Source: Pseudomonadota bacterium
Lineage (GTDB): Bacteria > Pseudomonadota > Alphaproteobacteria > RF32 > CAG-239
NCBI GenBank assembly: GCA_030536665.1
Contig: JAUNPO010000003.1
Location: 1-32,325, forward strand
Length of the DNA: 32,325 nt
Direction: 5' to 3'
Shown here: one piece after another, positions 17,116 to 26,059 of the stretch
Layout: every line of letters begins with the position of its first letter
How positions within the stretch are numbered: the stretch's first letter is position 1
Notes under the pieces: model-generated
Database searches by the model: none
What the model was told of the DNA's origin: nothing
What the model saw: the letters and a program-made list of their open reading frames with translations, nothing else
Made by a program: the position numbers and the translations under genes

Positions 17116-18453
17116 TTAACGCTGGTTTTGCAAGTCAAGGATTTGACGGTTGTTGGCGTTATGGCGTTGCTGCAGTTCTTTCGGCGCCCGGTTATAAGCG
17201 CTGTATGAGCCGCTGCCTTTCACGCCTTTGCCGTTGCGTCCGGCTTGTAAAACAAGATTGTTAATGTATTCAAGGGATTGTTTTTCTCCGCCGAGTAATT
17301 TGCGAATGTTGCGGTTTTCTGCGGAATTTGGCGCAATTTTATCATACATTGTAAAAGCATGGGCATACCATTCGCGGGTGGTTCCGCCGCTGTATTTTAT
17401 GGCGCCTTTTTCAATCAGAGTGTCAATTTGTTTATAGAGGTTGTCGCGTTTTTCCTTGCCGAGGAGGATTTCCAACGAGGTGTCAAAACGGTTTTTATAG
17501 GCTTTTTGTAACGCATCGTCAGCGGTAATCTTTTGTTTGTCAGCCGTTTGAGACGGGACCGCAAACTGCGAAGCTGCAATCGTTTTGACTTTTTCCTGAG
17601 CTTTTGATTGGGATTGCGCTTTTATTTCCGTGTCAAATTTGAGCTGTTCCTGTTCTGCCCGGGTTATTTCCTTGTTGGCCTTATGCGCCAACAATCCGGC
17701 AAAAAGAATGCCGCCGATGACCGCGATTTTTTTTGCATTGCGTGCCAGAAATTCTTTGCTGTTATGGAAGATTTTCGGCCAAAAAGCTTTTTGGCGGCGT
17801 TCAACTTCGTGATAAAGCGAAACTTTTGTCTCCCGGGGCGCCGGCGTATATTTGCCGTGGCGGAGAATGTTCTGCTGGCGCCAGGTGCCGAAAAGCCGGC
17901 TGAATTCGTCAATATTGGCAGGAACGGCTTCTTCGCGGCGGATGATGCGTTCCAGACGCTGTTGTCCGTGGCTGTTGAGTTTATCCAGAATGTTTCGGAC
18001 AGACGGCTGCGGGGCTGCAGCCAGGGACTGTTTGATATAAATCAGGTCATCTGTCGGCGCTTTTTTGATTTTCTTTTTGCTGTTAACCAAAGTGGTGATG
18101 TATTTGATATCGCCTATTTTCTGTTGGTGTTTCTGCTGTTGTTTTTGCGCTTTGAGGTCAATTTGAAGCTGACGAAAGGCCGGTCGGAGCAGAATTCTCA
18201 ACTCGCGGCGCTTGCTGCGTGAAGCTTCATGTATCAAAAGGCGCAGATATTCATAAGCATCCGGCGTTATCTCGACTTTACGTTTGAGATAATTTTTCAG
18301 CAGTTCTGCGGTTTGTGCTTCAATGGCATAATACTGGCCGCTGTTGAATGATTTGCGGTCATAGCGGGAAGGGATGCTGCTTTGTGAAGCGGCATACATT
18401 TTTAGGAGTTCAGCATCAAAAATATCAGCATTGTATTTTTTGTACATTTTCAT
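17116..18453 (-). CDS. Hypothetical basic protein with one central TM segment (start uncertain, 18447-18495)
   Basis: Long ORF, K/R/Q-rich, KIAVIGGILFAGLLAH hydrophobic stretch; TTGACA at 18514-18509 favours a downstream ATG. Confidence 0.8.
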   Translation of the reverse strand: MKMYKKYNADIFDAELLKMYAASQSSIPSRYDRKSFNSGQYYAIEAQTAELLKNYLKRKVEITPDAYEYLRLLIHEASRSKRRELRILLRPAFRQLQIDLKAQKQQQKHQQKIGDIKYITTLVNSKKKIKKAPTDDLIYIKQSLAAAPQPSVRNILDKLNSHGQQRLERIIRREEAVPANIDEFSRLFGTWRQQNILRHGKYTPAPRETKVSLYHEVERRQKAFWPKIFHNSKEFLARNAKKIAVIGGILFAGLLAHKANKEITRAEQEQLKFDTEIKAQSQSKAQEKVKTIAASQFAVPSQTADKQKITADDALQKAYKNRFDTSLEILLGKEKRDNLYKQIDTLIEKGAIKYSGGTTREWYAHAFTMYDKIAPNSAENRNIRKLLGGEKQSLEYINNLVLQAGRNGKGVKGSGSYSAYNRAPKELQQRHNANNRQILDLQNQR

Positions 18454-18604
18454 TTTTATTAACCCGGAATGTTGGAATTTAGACATAAATAACACTTTTG
18501 TTAATGTTTGTCAATAATGTGCGTGCTTTTTTTATGCGTTTTAATAAAAATTAAATAAAGTTAGTGTAGATATGACATTGAGTTTTATTTGAGAAAGTTA
18601 AAAT

Positions 18605-18868
18605 ATGGGATTTTATCTGAAAAAGGGCTTTAATATCGGTCCGGTACGGATTAATTTGTCAAAGTCCGGCGTCGGTGTTTCCGTCGGCGGCAAGGGGCTG
18701 CGTTTTGGCAGCGGGCCGAAGGGAAATTATGTCCATGCCGGGCGTGGCGGCCTTTATTACCGCAAAAGCCTGTCCGCAAGGTGGGGAATTGTCGTCCTTA
18801 TTGCTGCCGTTGTTGCGGTTGCGGCATATTATGCCCTGAAAAGCGGCGTTATCAGTATAAATTTGTGA
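18605..18868 (+). CDS. DUF4236 domain protein with C-terminal TM
   Basis: MGFYLKK..GPVRINLSKSGVGVSVGGKG...GLYYRK pattern. Confidence 0.85.
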   Translation: MGFYLKKGFNIGPVRINLSKSGVGVSVGGKGLRFGSGPKGNYVHAGRGGLYYRKSLSARWGIVVLIAAVVAVAAYYALKSGVISINL

Positions 18869-18876
18869 GTGGCAGA

Positions 18877-19422
18877 ATGCAGAATATTGACAATATAATT
18901 GAGATTCTCGGAAAATTTAAAGAGCTGAAAAGAACGGGGTGGGTTCGGAAGAATATTGAAAATCCGGAATCCGTTGCCGACCATTGTTTCGGCATCAGTC
19001 TGCTGGCTTTGTTGCTGGCGCCGGAGGGGCTGGATTTCGGACGCTGTATGAAAATGGCGATTGTTCATGATTTGGCAGAAGTTTATGTCGGGGATATTAC
19101 GCCTTATGACGGTATCAGCGAAGAAGAAAAAGCCAAAAACGAGGCGGCGGCCATGGCGCGGATTGCCGAAGAAATAAATTTTCCCGATATTGTTCGCTGG
19201 TTTCGGGAATATGAAGACGGCGAAACGCCGGAAGCACGGTTTGTGAAAAATATAGACAAGCTGGAAAGCGCCGTACAGGCGGTTTATTATCAAAAACATC
19301 GCAAAACGGAAGATGGGTTGGCTCGGGAATTTATCAAAACGGCGATGCGTCGTTCTGTTGCTGATGCTAATGACAGCGAAATTCAGATTATTTATCAGCA
19401 GCTTCTGGATATTATCCGATAG
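18877..19422 (+). CDS. HD domain phosphohydrolase (HDDC2/YfbR-like)
   Basis: LKRTGW, ESVADH, MAIVHDLAE..GDITP, EARFVKNIDKLE. Confidence 0.9.
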   Translation: MQNIDNIIEILGKFKELKRTGWVRKNIENPESVADHCFGISLLALLLAPEGLDFGRCMKMAIVHDLAEVYVGDITPYDGISEEEKAKNEAAAMARIAEEINFPDIVRWFREYEDGETPEARFVKNIDKLESAVQAVYYQKHRKTEDGLAREFIKTAMRRSVADANDSEIQIIYQQLLDIIR

Positions 19423-19439
19423 GAATTTTGGCAGACTAC

Positions 19440-19468
19440 AAAAAAGCGCTTGTTTAAGCGCCTTTTTT
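19440..19468. terminator. Bidirectional terminator
   Basis: A-run, GCGCTT-gttt-AAGCGC, T-run between convergent genes. Confidence 0.65.
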
Positions 19469-20118
19469 TATTCTGCGGCTTCAGGGGACAGCCCTTCGCG
19501 GTATCTCTTTATGGTATTGAACACTTTAGGGTAATACCCGTCATCATGCGGAACAAAGTCTTTGCGCCAGAAATATCCGGTTTTGAATTCGCTTTTGTTA
19601 TCCGCGGTTTTGACCAATCCTGAAGAAAAGATTTTATCTATCTTTTTGTTGAAGAGGTTAATCAGGTCTTCCAGATCAAACTCAAAAATGCCGTCAACTT
19701 CGTTCGGCTGGAGTGTCAGTTCCGAGAAATCCTTGTCTACTTCACAAAGGTAGGTGGGATTAAATTCGTTGTCAATCATATTGTCATCGCGGTAATAACG
19801 CTTTGAGGTAAAAAGCTTGACCAGATTTTCACGGGGAATTTTCAGCCCGAGTTCTTCCTCGATTTCCCGGATGCCGTCACGGTTTTGTTCGCCGCTTTTC
19901 AAGTGTCCGGCAGCAGAAGTTGCCAAGAGGTTGGGATAAAGGCGTTTGTTTGAGCTACGGAGCTGCATCCAGACTTTGCACTTGTTTTCCGGTAGCGGTT
20001 TGATTATCCAGCAACGGAAAGCCTTGTGCCACAAACCTTCGCGGTGTGCCTGCGCTTTAGTGGCCGTTCCGATGGGATTCATGTTTTCATCATAGATATC
20101 AATTATTTCATCAGTCAT
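19468..20118 (-). CDS. NUDIX hydrolase (IDI-like fold)
   Basis: IDIYDEN..AHREGLWH, AAGHLKSGE..IREIEEELGL, LQPNEV; AGGAGG RBS. Confidence 0.88.
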   Translation of the reverse strand: MTDEIIDIYDENMNPIGTATKAQAHREGLWHKAFRCWIIKPLPENKCKVWMQLRSSNKRLYPNLLATSAAGHLKSGEQNRDGIREIEEELGLKIPRENLVKLFTSKRYYRDDNMIDNEFNPTYLCEVDKDFSELTLQPNEVDGIFEFDLEDLINLFNKKIDKIFSSGLVKTADNKSEFKTGYFWRKDFVPHDDGYYPKVFNTIKRYREGLSPEAAE

Positions 20119-20151
20119 GGGATTCCTCCTGATGTTTTTTAGTGGAAAAGG

Positions 20152-21897
20152 TCAGCGGGCCATGAAAACAAACCCGGCGACAGGCTTGCCGTCTTCAAGG
20201 CGGATGACGGCTTCCTTTATGGCTATTTCAGCGTATCCTGATTTGGTTAACAAGTTGTTAACGTAGTCTTTGTTGTGTTTATAACGACCGTCAGTTGTTA
20301 TTGAGAAGCCATCTTTTTCGCTTTTTTCAACGGAAAAGTACAGAGGGCAGGGGGCGCAGCGGCTGATAACGGGTTCCAGGCTGCCCATGTAGCAGAAGAC
20401 GTCTGCGGCAATAATCAATGCCGGCGGCGGGGCAGGCGGATTGTTCAGAAAATCAAGAATATCGCTGTTTATCAGTTCTTTATACAGATTTTTGGAACGG
20501 GCAATGTCAAGCATGGCCGCGGAAATATCGACGCCGATAAAGCTGTTTTCTTCGGATTTCAATTGTTCGGCAATCAGGCCGGTGCCGCAGCCCAAATCCC
20601 AAACCAGTCCGCGCGGCGTTCCTGTGCATTCCTTTATTATCTCGGGCAGGCGGTAATCCAGTTTTTTTAGAGTTTGTTCGTAGGAAGAGGCAAAATTGTC
20701 AAAAAGTTTTTGGCTGAACAGGCTGTCGCCGCTCTTGTCTGCTTGTCCGGAAAAGGCGGCGGAGAGATGTTGGGCAAAGATGTTTTCAGGGCTGTCTTTA
20801 AGCCAGTTTGCGGCAATTTGTTCAGCTTCCTGCGGTTTTTCCCGGTGTAAGAGCAGGAGTGTTTCGTAGATATTGACGGAAAATTCTTCAGTTTGCGGTT
20901 CGATTTTATAGGCGTTAAAAAACAGGCCGAGCGCTTCGGTATAATCTTTCATGTCTTTGCAGATTATACCCAGGTTGTTGCTGACGGCAGGGTTGTCCGG
21001 CGCAAGAAGGACTGCTTTGCGGCTGGTTTCGACAGCTTCAAGCAAGCGTCCGGTTCGGTAGAGCATATCGGCATAATTTATCAGCGCTTCGGTATTATTT
21101 GGCGCAAGTTCCAACGCTTTGACAAACAAGGCTTCTGCTTCATCAAATTCCCGGTTCTTGCTGGCAATAGCGGCGAGGCCGGCGAGGGCTGGGACTGATT
21201 TGGGATTGATTGCGCAGGCCTTAGCAAAATAATCCCGCGCCGAAGCGTCATCTTTTAGCTTCAAACAGGAAAAAGCTGCGGCAAGGCAGGCGTCCGCCGA
21301 TTCCGGCACAATTTCCAATGCCGACCGGGCGTGGGCAAGGGCTTCTTTATAACGGTTTTGCTCGAGGCATATAACGCTGAGTTGGTAATGAGCCTCCGCA
21401 CAATCGGGGAAACGGGAGAGAAGGGCGTTCAAGTCCTTTTCCGGGGCGTCGGAAAGCAAGGCCAGTCCAACCAAAGGTTCGGCGTATGTTTCATCCAATG
21501 CCGCGGCTTTATGGAAACAGGCTGCGGAAGCCTGAAAATTGCCGAGTGTTTTGTGAAGTTGTCCCAGGTTATACCAGGCTTCTTTCACATCCGGAGTTAA
21601 GGCCAGCATTTTCTGATAAGTCTCTATCGCCTCATGCGGTTTACCCAGTTCAGCCAGCGACAAGGCGAGGTTAAAACGGTATGGCGCATGGTCAGGGCTG
21701 ATTTTTATCGCTTTATAAAAGAGGTTGACGGCTTCGTTATGCACGCCCCGCGCCTGAGCAACCAATCCCAAAAGATTGAGGACGTCCGGGTTTTCCGGCG
21801 CCGTTTCCAATATCTGTCGGTAAAGCTGTTCCGCCTCGGCAAATCGTCCGGACTGGTGGAGCTCTAAAGCGCGCGAAAACATAAAATCGTAAGTCAT
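20152..21897 (-). CDS. TPR repeat protein with C-terminal SAM-dependent methyltransferase
   Basis: Multiple TPR-like repeats; LFDNFASSYE, DLGCGTG, GVDISAAML, AADVFCYMG; GAGG RBS before ATG 21897. Confidence 0.9.
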   Translation of the reverse strand: MTYDFMFSRALELHQSGRFAEAEQLYRQILETAPENPDVLNLLGLVAQARGVHNEAVNLFYKAIKISPDHAPYRFNLALSLAELGKPHEAIETYQKMLALTPDVKEAWYNLGQLHKTLGNFQASAACFHKAAALDETYAEPLVGLALLSDAPEKDLNALLSRFPDCAEAHYQLSVICLEQNRYKEALAHARSALEIVPESADACLAAAFSCLKLKDDASARDYFAKACAINPKSVPALAGLAAIASKNREFDEAEALFVKALELAPNNTEALINYADMLYRTGRLLEAVETSRKAVLLAPDNPAVSNNLGIICKDMKDYTEALGLFFNAYKIEPQTEEFSVNIYETLLLLHREKPQEAEQIAANWLKDSPENIFAQHLSAAFSGQADKSGDSLFSQKLFDNFASSYEQTLKKLDYRLPEIIKECTGTPRGLVWDLGCGTGLIAEQLKSEENSFIGVDISAAMLDIARSKNLYKELINSDILDFLNNPPAPPPALIIAADVFCYMGSLEPVISRCAPCPLYFSVEKSEKDGFSITTDGRYKHNKDYVNNLLTKSGYAEIAIKEAVIRLEDGKPVAGFVFMAR

Positions 21898-22010
21898 GTT
21901 ATTCCTCAATTATTCATCTGGTCGGATTTTAACAGCATTTGGCGAAAAAAACAATGTCGGAGTGCAGATTTTGCTTGAAATTTATAAAATATATGGTAAC
22001 TTGCAGTCAC

Positions 22011-22079
22011 TTCCGGGAATGCGGATGTGCGTTTTTGTGCCTTCCCGTTTGGTTTGCAAACAGGCCAAAACTACCGGAA
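22011..22079 (+). promoter_or_regulatory. Structured rpsD 5' leader (candidate autoregulatory element)
   Basis: TTCCGG...CCGGAA enclosing GGGAA/TTCCC and TTTGGTTTG/CAGGCCAAA stems. Confidence 0.45.
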
Positions 22080-22117
22080 CACTAATGAAATTGCAATAAA
22101 AATAAAGGAAAACTTTA

Positions 22118-22732
22118 ATGAAAAGTATTGAAAACGCTAAGAAAAAAGCCACACGCCGTTATGGCGCAAATATTTGGGGCGAATCCAACGCTTCTTTTGT
22201 TAAAAGAGAAACTGCTCCGGGTCAGCATGGTGCCAGAAAAAAGAAAATGACCGACTATGGTACTCAATTGTATGCCAAGCAGAGACTGAAAACATCTTAT
22301 GGCAATATCTCTGAAAAGCAGTTTGCCAAGTATTATGCCGAAGCAATCAGAAGAAGAGGGGACGCTGCCGAAAACCTTATCGGTATTTTGGAATCCCGTT
22401 TGGACAACTTGGTTTACAGAGCAAAGTTTGTTCCTTCCGTATTTGCTGCCCGTCAGTTTGTTAACCACAACCATATTTTGGTTAACGGTAAGAGAGTAAA
22501 CATTCCTTCTTATATGGTTAAAGCTGGTGATGTTATTGAAATTAAAGAAAAATCCAGACAGCTGCCGATGGTTTTGGCTGCCGTCGAAGCTACAAACAGA
22601 GATGTTCCGGGCTATCTGGAAGTTGATTCTAAGAAGATGACAGCTAAATATTCTTTCGTACCGAAGTTTGATGATGTTCCTTATGCCTGCACAATGGAAC
22701 CGAACTTGGTTATCGAATTTTACTCAAGATAA
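22118..22732 (+). CDS. rpsD: 30S ribosomal protein S4
   Basis: [44 protein letters not shown]. Confidence 0.98.
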   Translation: MKSIENAKKKATRRYGANIWGESNASFVKRETAPGQHGARKKKMTDYGTQLYAKQRLKTSYGNISEKQFAKYYAEAIRRRGDAAENLIGILESRLDNLVYRAKFVPSVFAARQFVNHNHILVNGKRVNIPSYMVKAGDVIEIKEKSRQLPMVLAAVEATNRDVPGYLEVDSKKMTAKYSFVPKFDDVPYACTMEPNLVIEFYSR

Positions 22733-22754
22733 TCATTTTCTTGAAAGATTTAGG

Positions 22755-22783
22755 AAGGCCTGCCGTTGTGCAGGTCTTTTTTT
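22755..22783 (+). terminator. rpsD terminator
   Basis: AAGGCCTGC/GCAGGTCTT plus T-run. Confidence 0.8.
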
Positions 22784-22932
22784 GTGTTTAAAGTGTCTTA
22801 AGTGTCGGGTATGTGCTTCTTTATTTGCGCTGATAGCGCAGTTTGAGGCAAAAATAAACTCACCGTGATGATTTTCTTCGATAAAACAGTGACTTAATAA
22901 AAAATCGAGCTCTCAGAACGAGCTCATGAGTT

Positions 22933-23205
22933 TTGTATGTGTATTTACAGCTTAAGCTGAGTGAGAAATACTTGATTTTTTTATGTGACATTTTGTTTCT
23001 CCTTATTTGTTGGTTGTTGTATGGGGTGTTGTTTTACTTGCTCTGGCTTGTTATTATTTTCTCCTTTAAAAATGTTGCTTGTCTTAACATAAGATATATT
23101 ATGCGACAAAATTATTGTCGGGGGGAGATATTGTTCTTTATATATTATGTTGTTCTTTCTTGTTGTCTTATCTGTTGTATGGCAGCGCTCTCGCCTGCTT
23201 TTTGA
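22933..23205 (+). CDS. Possible small membrane protein or gene remnant
   Basis: Two hydrophobic segments; TTG start with no RBS; very AT-rich. Confidence 0.3.
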   Translation: MYVYLQLKLSEKYLIFLCDILFLLICWLLYGVLFYLLWLVIIFSFKNVACLNIRYIMRQNYCRGEILFFIYYVVLSCCLICCMAALSPAF

Positions 23206-23229
23206 CATCTTAAATTTGGGAGAGTAATA

Positions 23230-23502
23230 ATGATTATTCACATTGATGATGAAAGAGGATTTGAGCTGCTGTGTGTTTCTCATGAGCTTCAAAAGAATGT
23301 AAACAAAGAGCTTTGCAGAGAAAATCTTAATATTAATCTGTATGCTAAGCGTTATACTTGCGAAAAACTTAGGAACGCAGGCTTTTCAGATAAAGAAATT
23401 GCAGGAATATTGGAAATTAGTATTGCTATGGTTGATAAGTTAATGAAAAATACGGTAGATTTTTGGTTTTCAAAATGGATTGTTCCAATAATAAAGAGAT
23501 AG
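23230..23502 (+). CDS. Small helix-turn-helix protein
   Basis: LRNAGFSDKEIAGILEISIAMVDKLM HTH pattern; GGAG RBS. Confidence 0.7.
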   Translation: MIIHIDDERGFELLCVSHELQKNVNKELCRENLNINLYAKRYTCEKLRNAGFSDKEIAGILEISIAMVDKLMKNTVDFWFSKWIVPIIKR

Positions 23503-23693
23503 CAGTAAGAAAACAGCGCATATCAAGGGCTAAAGTTGTGTTTATAAAGCCAAGGAAAGTCGTTAAAGTCCCTTCCCTCATTCTTGGTCTGGCTAAGATA
23601 GGTAGATTTTATTTTTTTTGAAGTTAATAAGACTTATTTCTCAGGTATATTAGCCTGCTCTCTTACTTTTATTCAATATTAATAGAAAAGACA

Positions 23694-23722
23694 TTGCAAT
23701 AATCATGATGTTATGTTACGTT
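23694..23722 (+). promoter_or_regulatory. Sigma70-type promoter driving leader B
   Basis: TTGCAA-17bp-TACGTT with TG extension, about 7 nt before the first leader hairpin. Confidence 0.6.
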
Positions 23723-23728
23723 TTTGTT

Positions 23729-23935
23729 TAAGCGGCGGAGTTTTGCTGCTTAGGGCGTCAGAAACCCTTTTAAAATAAACAGTCGCCAAGCATAGCGACT
23801 TAAAACTATATGCCGATTTCTGTCATGGACGGATGTCGGCTAAATAAGGTTACGGCCAAATAAGCCGAGCCGTTGTTTGTTTATTTTATACGGTTTCTGA
23901 ACATCCGCCCGCCTTTATCAGGTGGGTTTTGTTTT
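23729..23935 (+). ncRNA. C4/CI-like antisense RNA leader module, copy B
   Basis: Two 5' hairpins with target TCAGAAACC and TAAAATAAACA. Cloverleaf 23827-23910 (P1 GGACGGATGT/ACATCCGCCC, P2 CGGCT/AGCCG, P3 GCCGT/ACGGT) carries TGTTTATTTTA and GGTTTCTGA. Terminator-like hairpin at 23907-23935. Confidence 0.72.
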
Positions 23936-23959
23936 AACTAGAACGAAAGGATGTTTAGA

Positions 23960-24382
23960 ATGAAAAAAGTATTTTTACTTTTAACTATTGGTGTATTTGC
24001 TGGTTTTCTTACGGCTTGTGCTACAATCATGAGGGAAAACAGTCAATCTATACCAATTAAATCAAATGTAGAAAAAGTTAATATAAAAATTACCAATAAA
24101 GTGGGAGAGCTTATTTTTGAAGGCCAAACACCGACAACATTAACTCTTAAAACTTCGGGCAAGAGCGGATATTTCAATCCTGAGAAATATACGGTTGTTG
24201 CTTCCAAAGACGGGTATCAGACACAAACGACTATCATTGACTGGCATGTCAGCGGTTGGTATTATGTTGGAAACCTTGCTTTGGGCGGTTTAATTGGATA
24301 TTTGATTGTCGACCCAATAAGCGGAGATATGTATTATCTGGATGAAGAAGTTAATTTAAATATGTCTCCTGTTCAGAAATAA
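23960..24382 (+). CDS. Putative lipoprotein (PEGA-like, beta-rich)
   Basis: MKKVFLLLTIGVFAGFLTAC lipobox; CATI..Q.I.I.S, GQTP and C-terminal GGLIGYLIVDP pattern; AAGGA RBS fits ATG 23960. Confidence 0.8.
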   Translation: MKKVFLLLTIGVFAGFLTACATIMRENSQSIPIKSNVEKVNIKITNKVGELIFEGQTPTTLTLKTSGKSGYFNPEKYTVVASKDGYQTQTTIIDWHVSGWYYVGNLALGGLIGYLIVDPISGDMYYLDEEVNLNMSPVQK

Positions 24383-24389
24383 AAAATCG

Positions 24390-24417
24390 AGGCGGTAGAA
24401 ATACCGCCTTTATTTTA
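24390..24417. terminator. Terminator between convergent genes
   Basis: AGGCGGTA-gaaa-TACCGCCT hairpin. Confidence 0.7.
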
Positions 24418-24478
24418 TGTAAACGCTTATTAAAATTCTTATTTATAACGGCCAAAAGCGCTCTTTTATTCGTGTACT

Positions 24479-26059
24479 TTACAAAGCGGCGGTGATGAGG
24501 CGGCGGGTATATTCTTCCCGAGGATGTTCAAAAATCTGCTTAGCCTCACCCTGCTCTATGATTTTTCCGTTGTACATAACGGCAATACGGTCGGAAACTG
24601 CGCGGATAACAGTCATGTCGTGTGAAATAAACACATAAGTAAGGTTATATTTCTCTTTGATTTTGCCTAGCATTTTCAAAACCTGAGCTTGAATTGTTAC
24701 ATCCAGAGCCGAGGTCGGTTCGTCAAAGACAATGATTTCCGGAGAGATAACCAGGCTGCGGGCAATGGCAATCCGCTGCCGCTGTCCGCCGGAGAATTCA
24801 TGAGGATATTTGTTAAGAATATCAGCAGGCAAGCCGACATCTTTTAAGGTGTTGATGATGCGTTCCTGCCGTTCTTCTTGGTTTAGCTGCGGAAAGTGTA
24901 TTTCCAGCCCCTCCCCGATGATTTGTTCAATGTTCATTCTGGGGTTAAGCGAGTTATAGGGATCTTGAAAAACAATTTGTATTTGTTTATGAATTTCTTT
25001 ATTTTTCAATTTATTAACAGGTAAACCTTTAAGTTCGATATTCCCCTGATAAGGGATGAGCTGCGCCAGAACCATGCCCAGTGTTGTTTTGCCCGAACCG
25101 CTTTCGCCGACTACGCCTAGGCATTCGCCTTTTTTTATTTCCAAAGAGACTTTATTCAGGGCAAAAAGCGTTTGCGTTACCCTGCCCCAGAAGTTCTTTT
25201 TCAACGGGTAAGAAACTGTCAGATTTTGTGCTTTCAGTATAATTTCTTTTGATGTTTTGTTGTTGTTTATCAAACCTATAGATGAATTTATTAATTCTTT
25301 GGTATAATCATTTTTCGGGTTGGTGAAAATAGCGGCAGTATTGCCCTGCTCAACGATTTTGCCGTCTTTCATGACTATAATGCGGTCGGCGATTTTGCGG
25401 ATGAGATGTAAATCATGGCTGATAAAAATAATAGCCATGCCTAATTTTTGCCTTAAATCAAGGAGTAAGCGAATTATTTGCTCTTGAATGGTAACATCTA
25501 AGGCGGTTGTCGGTTCATCGGCAATCAAAAGCCGGGGATGATTGGCGATTGCCATGGCTATCATTACCCTTTGCCTTTGGCCGCCGGAAAGCTCAAAAGG
25601 ATATGATTTCAAGCGGTTACGGGCGTTTTTTATACCGGCAGCGGTCAAAAGGCGAAGTGTTTCCCGTCGTGCCTGTTGCCGATTCATGCCGCGGTGCAGC
25701 ATCAGGCTTTCGGAAATTTGGGCTTCAACGGTATGCAACGGGTTGAGCGACGACATAGGTTCCTGAAAAATATAGGCCATGTTATTGCCGCGCAATTTTC
25801 GCATTGTGTTTTCCGCAACATTTACAAGCTCTTGGCCGTCAAACTTAATGGATGACCCTGCCGGGTGAAAAGCCTGCGGATATGGCAGCAATTGCAGGAG
25901 GGACAAGGCCGTAACCGATTTGCCGGATCCGCTTTCGCCGACAATACCGAGAATTTCGCCGGCGGCTATGCTGAAACTGATGTTGTCGACGGCAGTTGTT
26001 TGTCCATTATCTGTGTTAAAACATACACTTAGATTTTTAACTTCAAGTAAATCAGCCAT
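24479..26059 (-). CDS. yejF: Peptide ABC transporter ATP-binding protein, two fused NBDs (YejF-like)
   Basis: Two GESGSGK Walker A motifs, LSGGQRQR/FSGGQRQR, DEPT; ATG 26059 overlaps the upstream permease. Confidence 0.88.
   Translation of the reverse strand: MADLLEVKNLSVCFNTDNGQTTAVDNISFSIAAGEILGIVGESGSGKSVTALSLLQLLPYPQAFHPAGSSIKFDGQELVNVAENTMRKLRGNNMAYIFQEPMSSLNPLHTVEAQISESLMLHRGMNRQQARRETLRLLTAAGIKNARNRLKSYPFELSGGQRQRVMIAMAIANHPRLLIADEPTTALDVTIQEQIIRLLLDLRQKLGMAIIFISHDLHLIRKIADRIIVMKDGKIVEQGNTAAIFTNPKNDYTKELINSSIGLINNNKTSKEIILKAQNLTVSYPLKKNFWGRVTQTLFALNKVSLEIKKGECLGVVGESGSGKTTLGMVLAQLIPYQGNIELKGLPVNKLKNKEIHKQIQIVFQDPYNSLNPRMNIEQIIGEGLEIHFPQLNQEERQERIINTLKDVGLPADILNKYPHEFSGGQRQRIAIARSLVISPEIIVFDEPTSALDVTIQAQVLKMLGKIKEKYNLTYVFISHDMTVIRAVSDRIAVMYNGKIIEQGEAKQIFEHPREEYTRRLITAAL

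Noticed and set aside
14591-18600. Prophage or integrative element at tRNA-Ser(GCU)
   Set aside because: No integrase, phage genes or duplicated tRNA 3' end found by eye
11833-20118. Nucleotide-sanitising or defence cluster (PfkB, two NUDIX, HD, Fic)
   Set aside because: Genes lie in separate transcription units with mixed orientation; nothing supports a single system
22981-23292. 103-aa minus-strand ORF
   Set aside because: Low-complexity antisense reading of AT-rich sequence that overlaps the better-supported HTH gene
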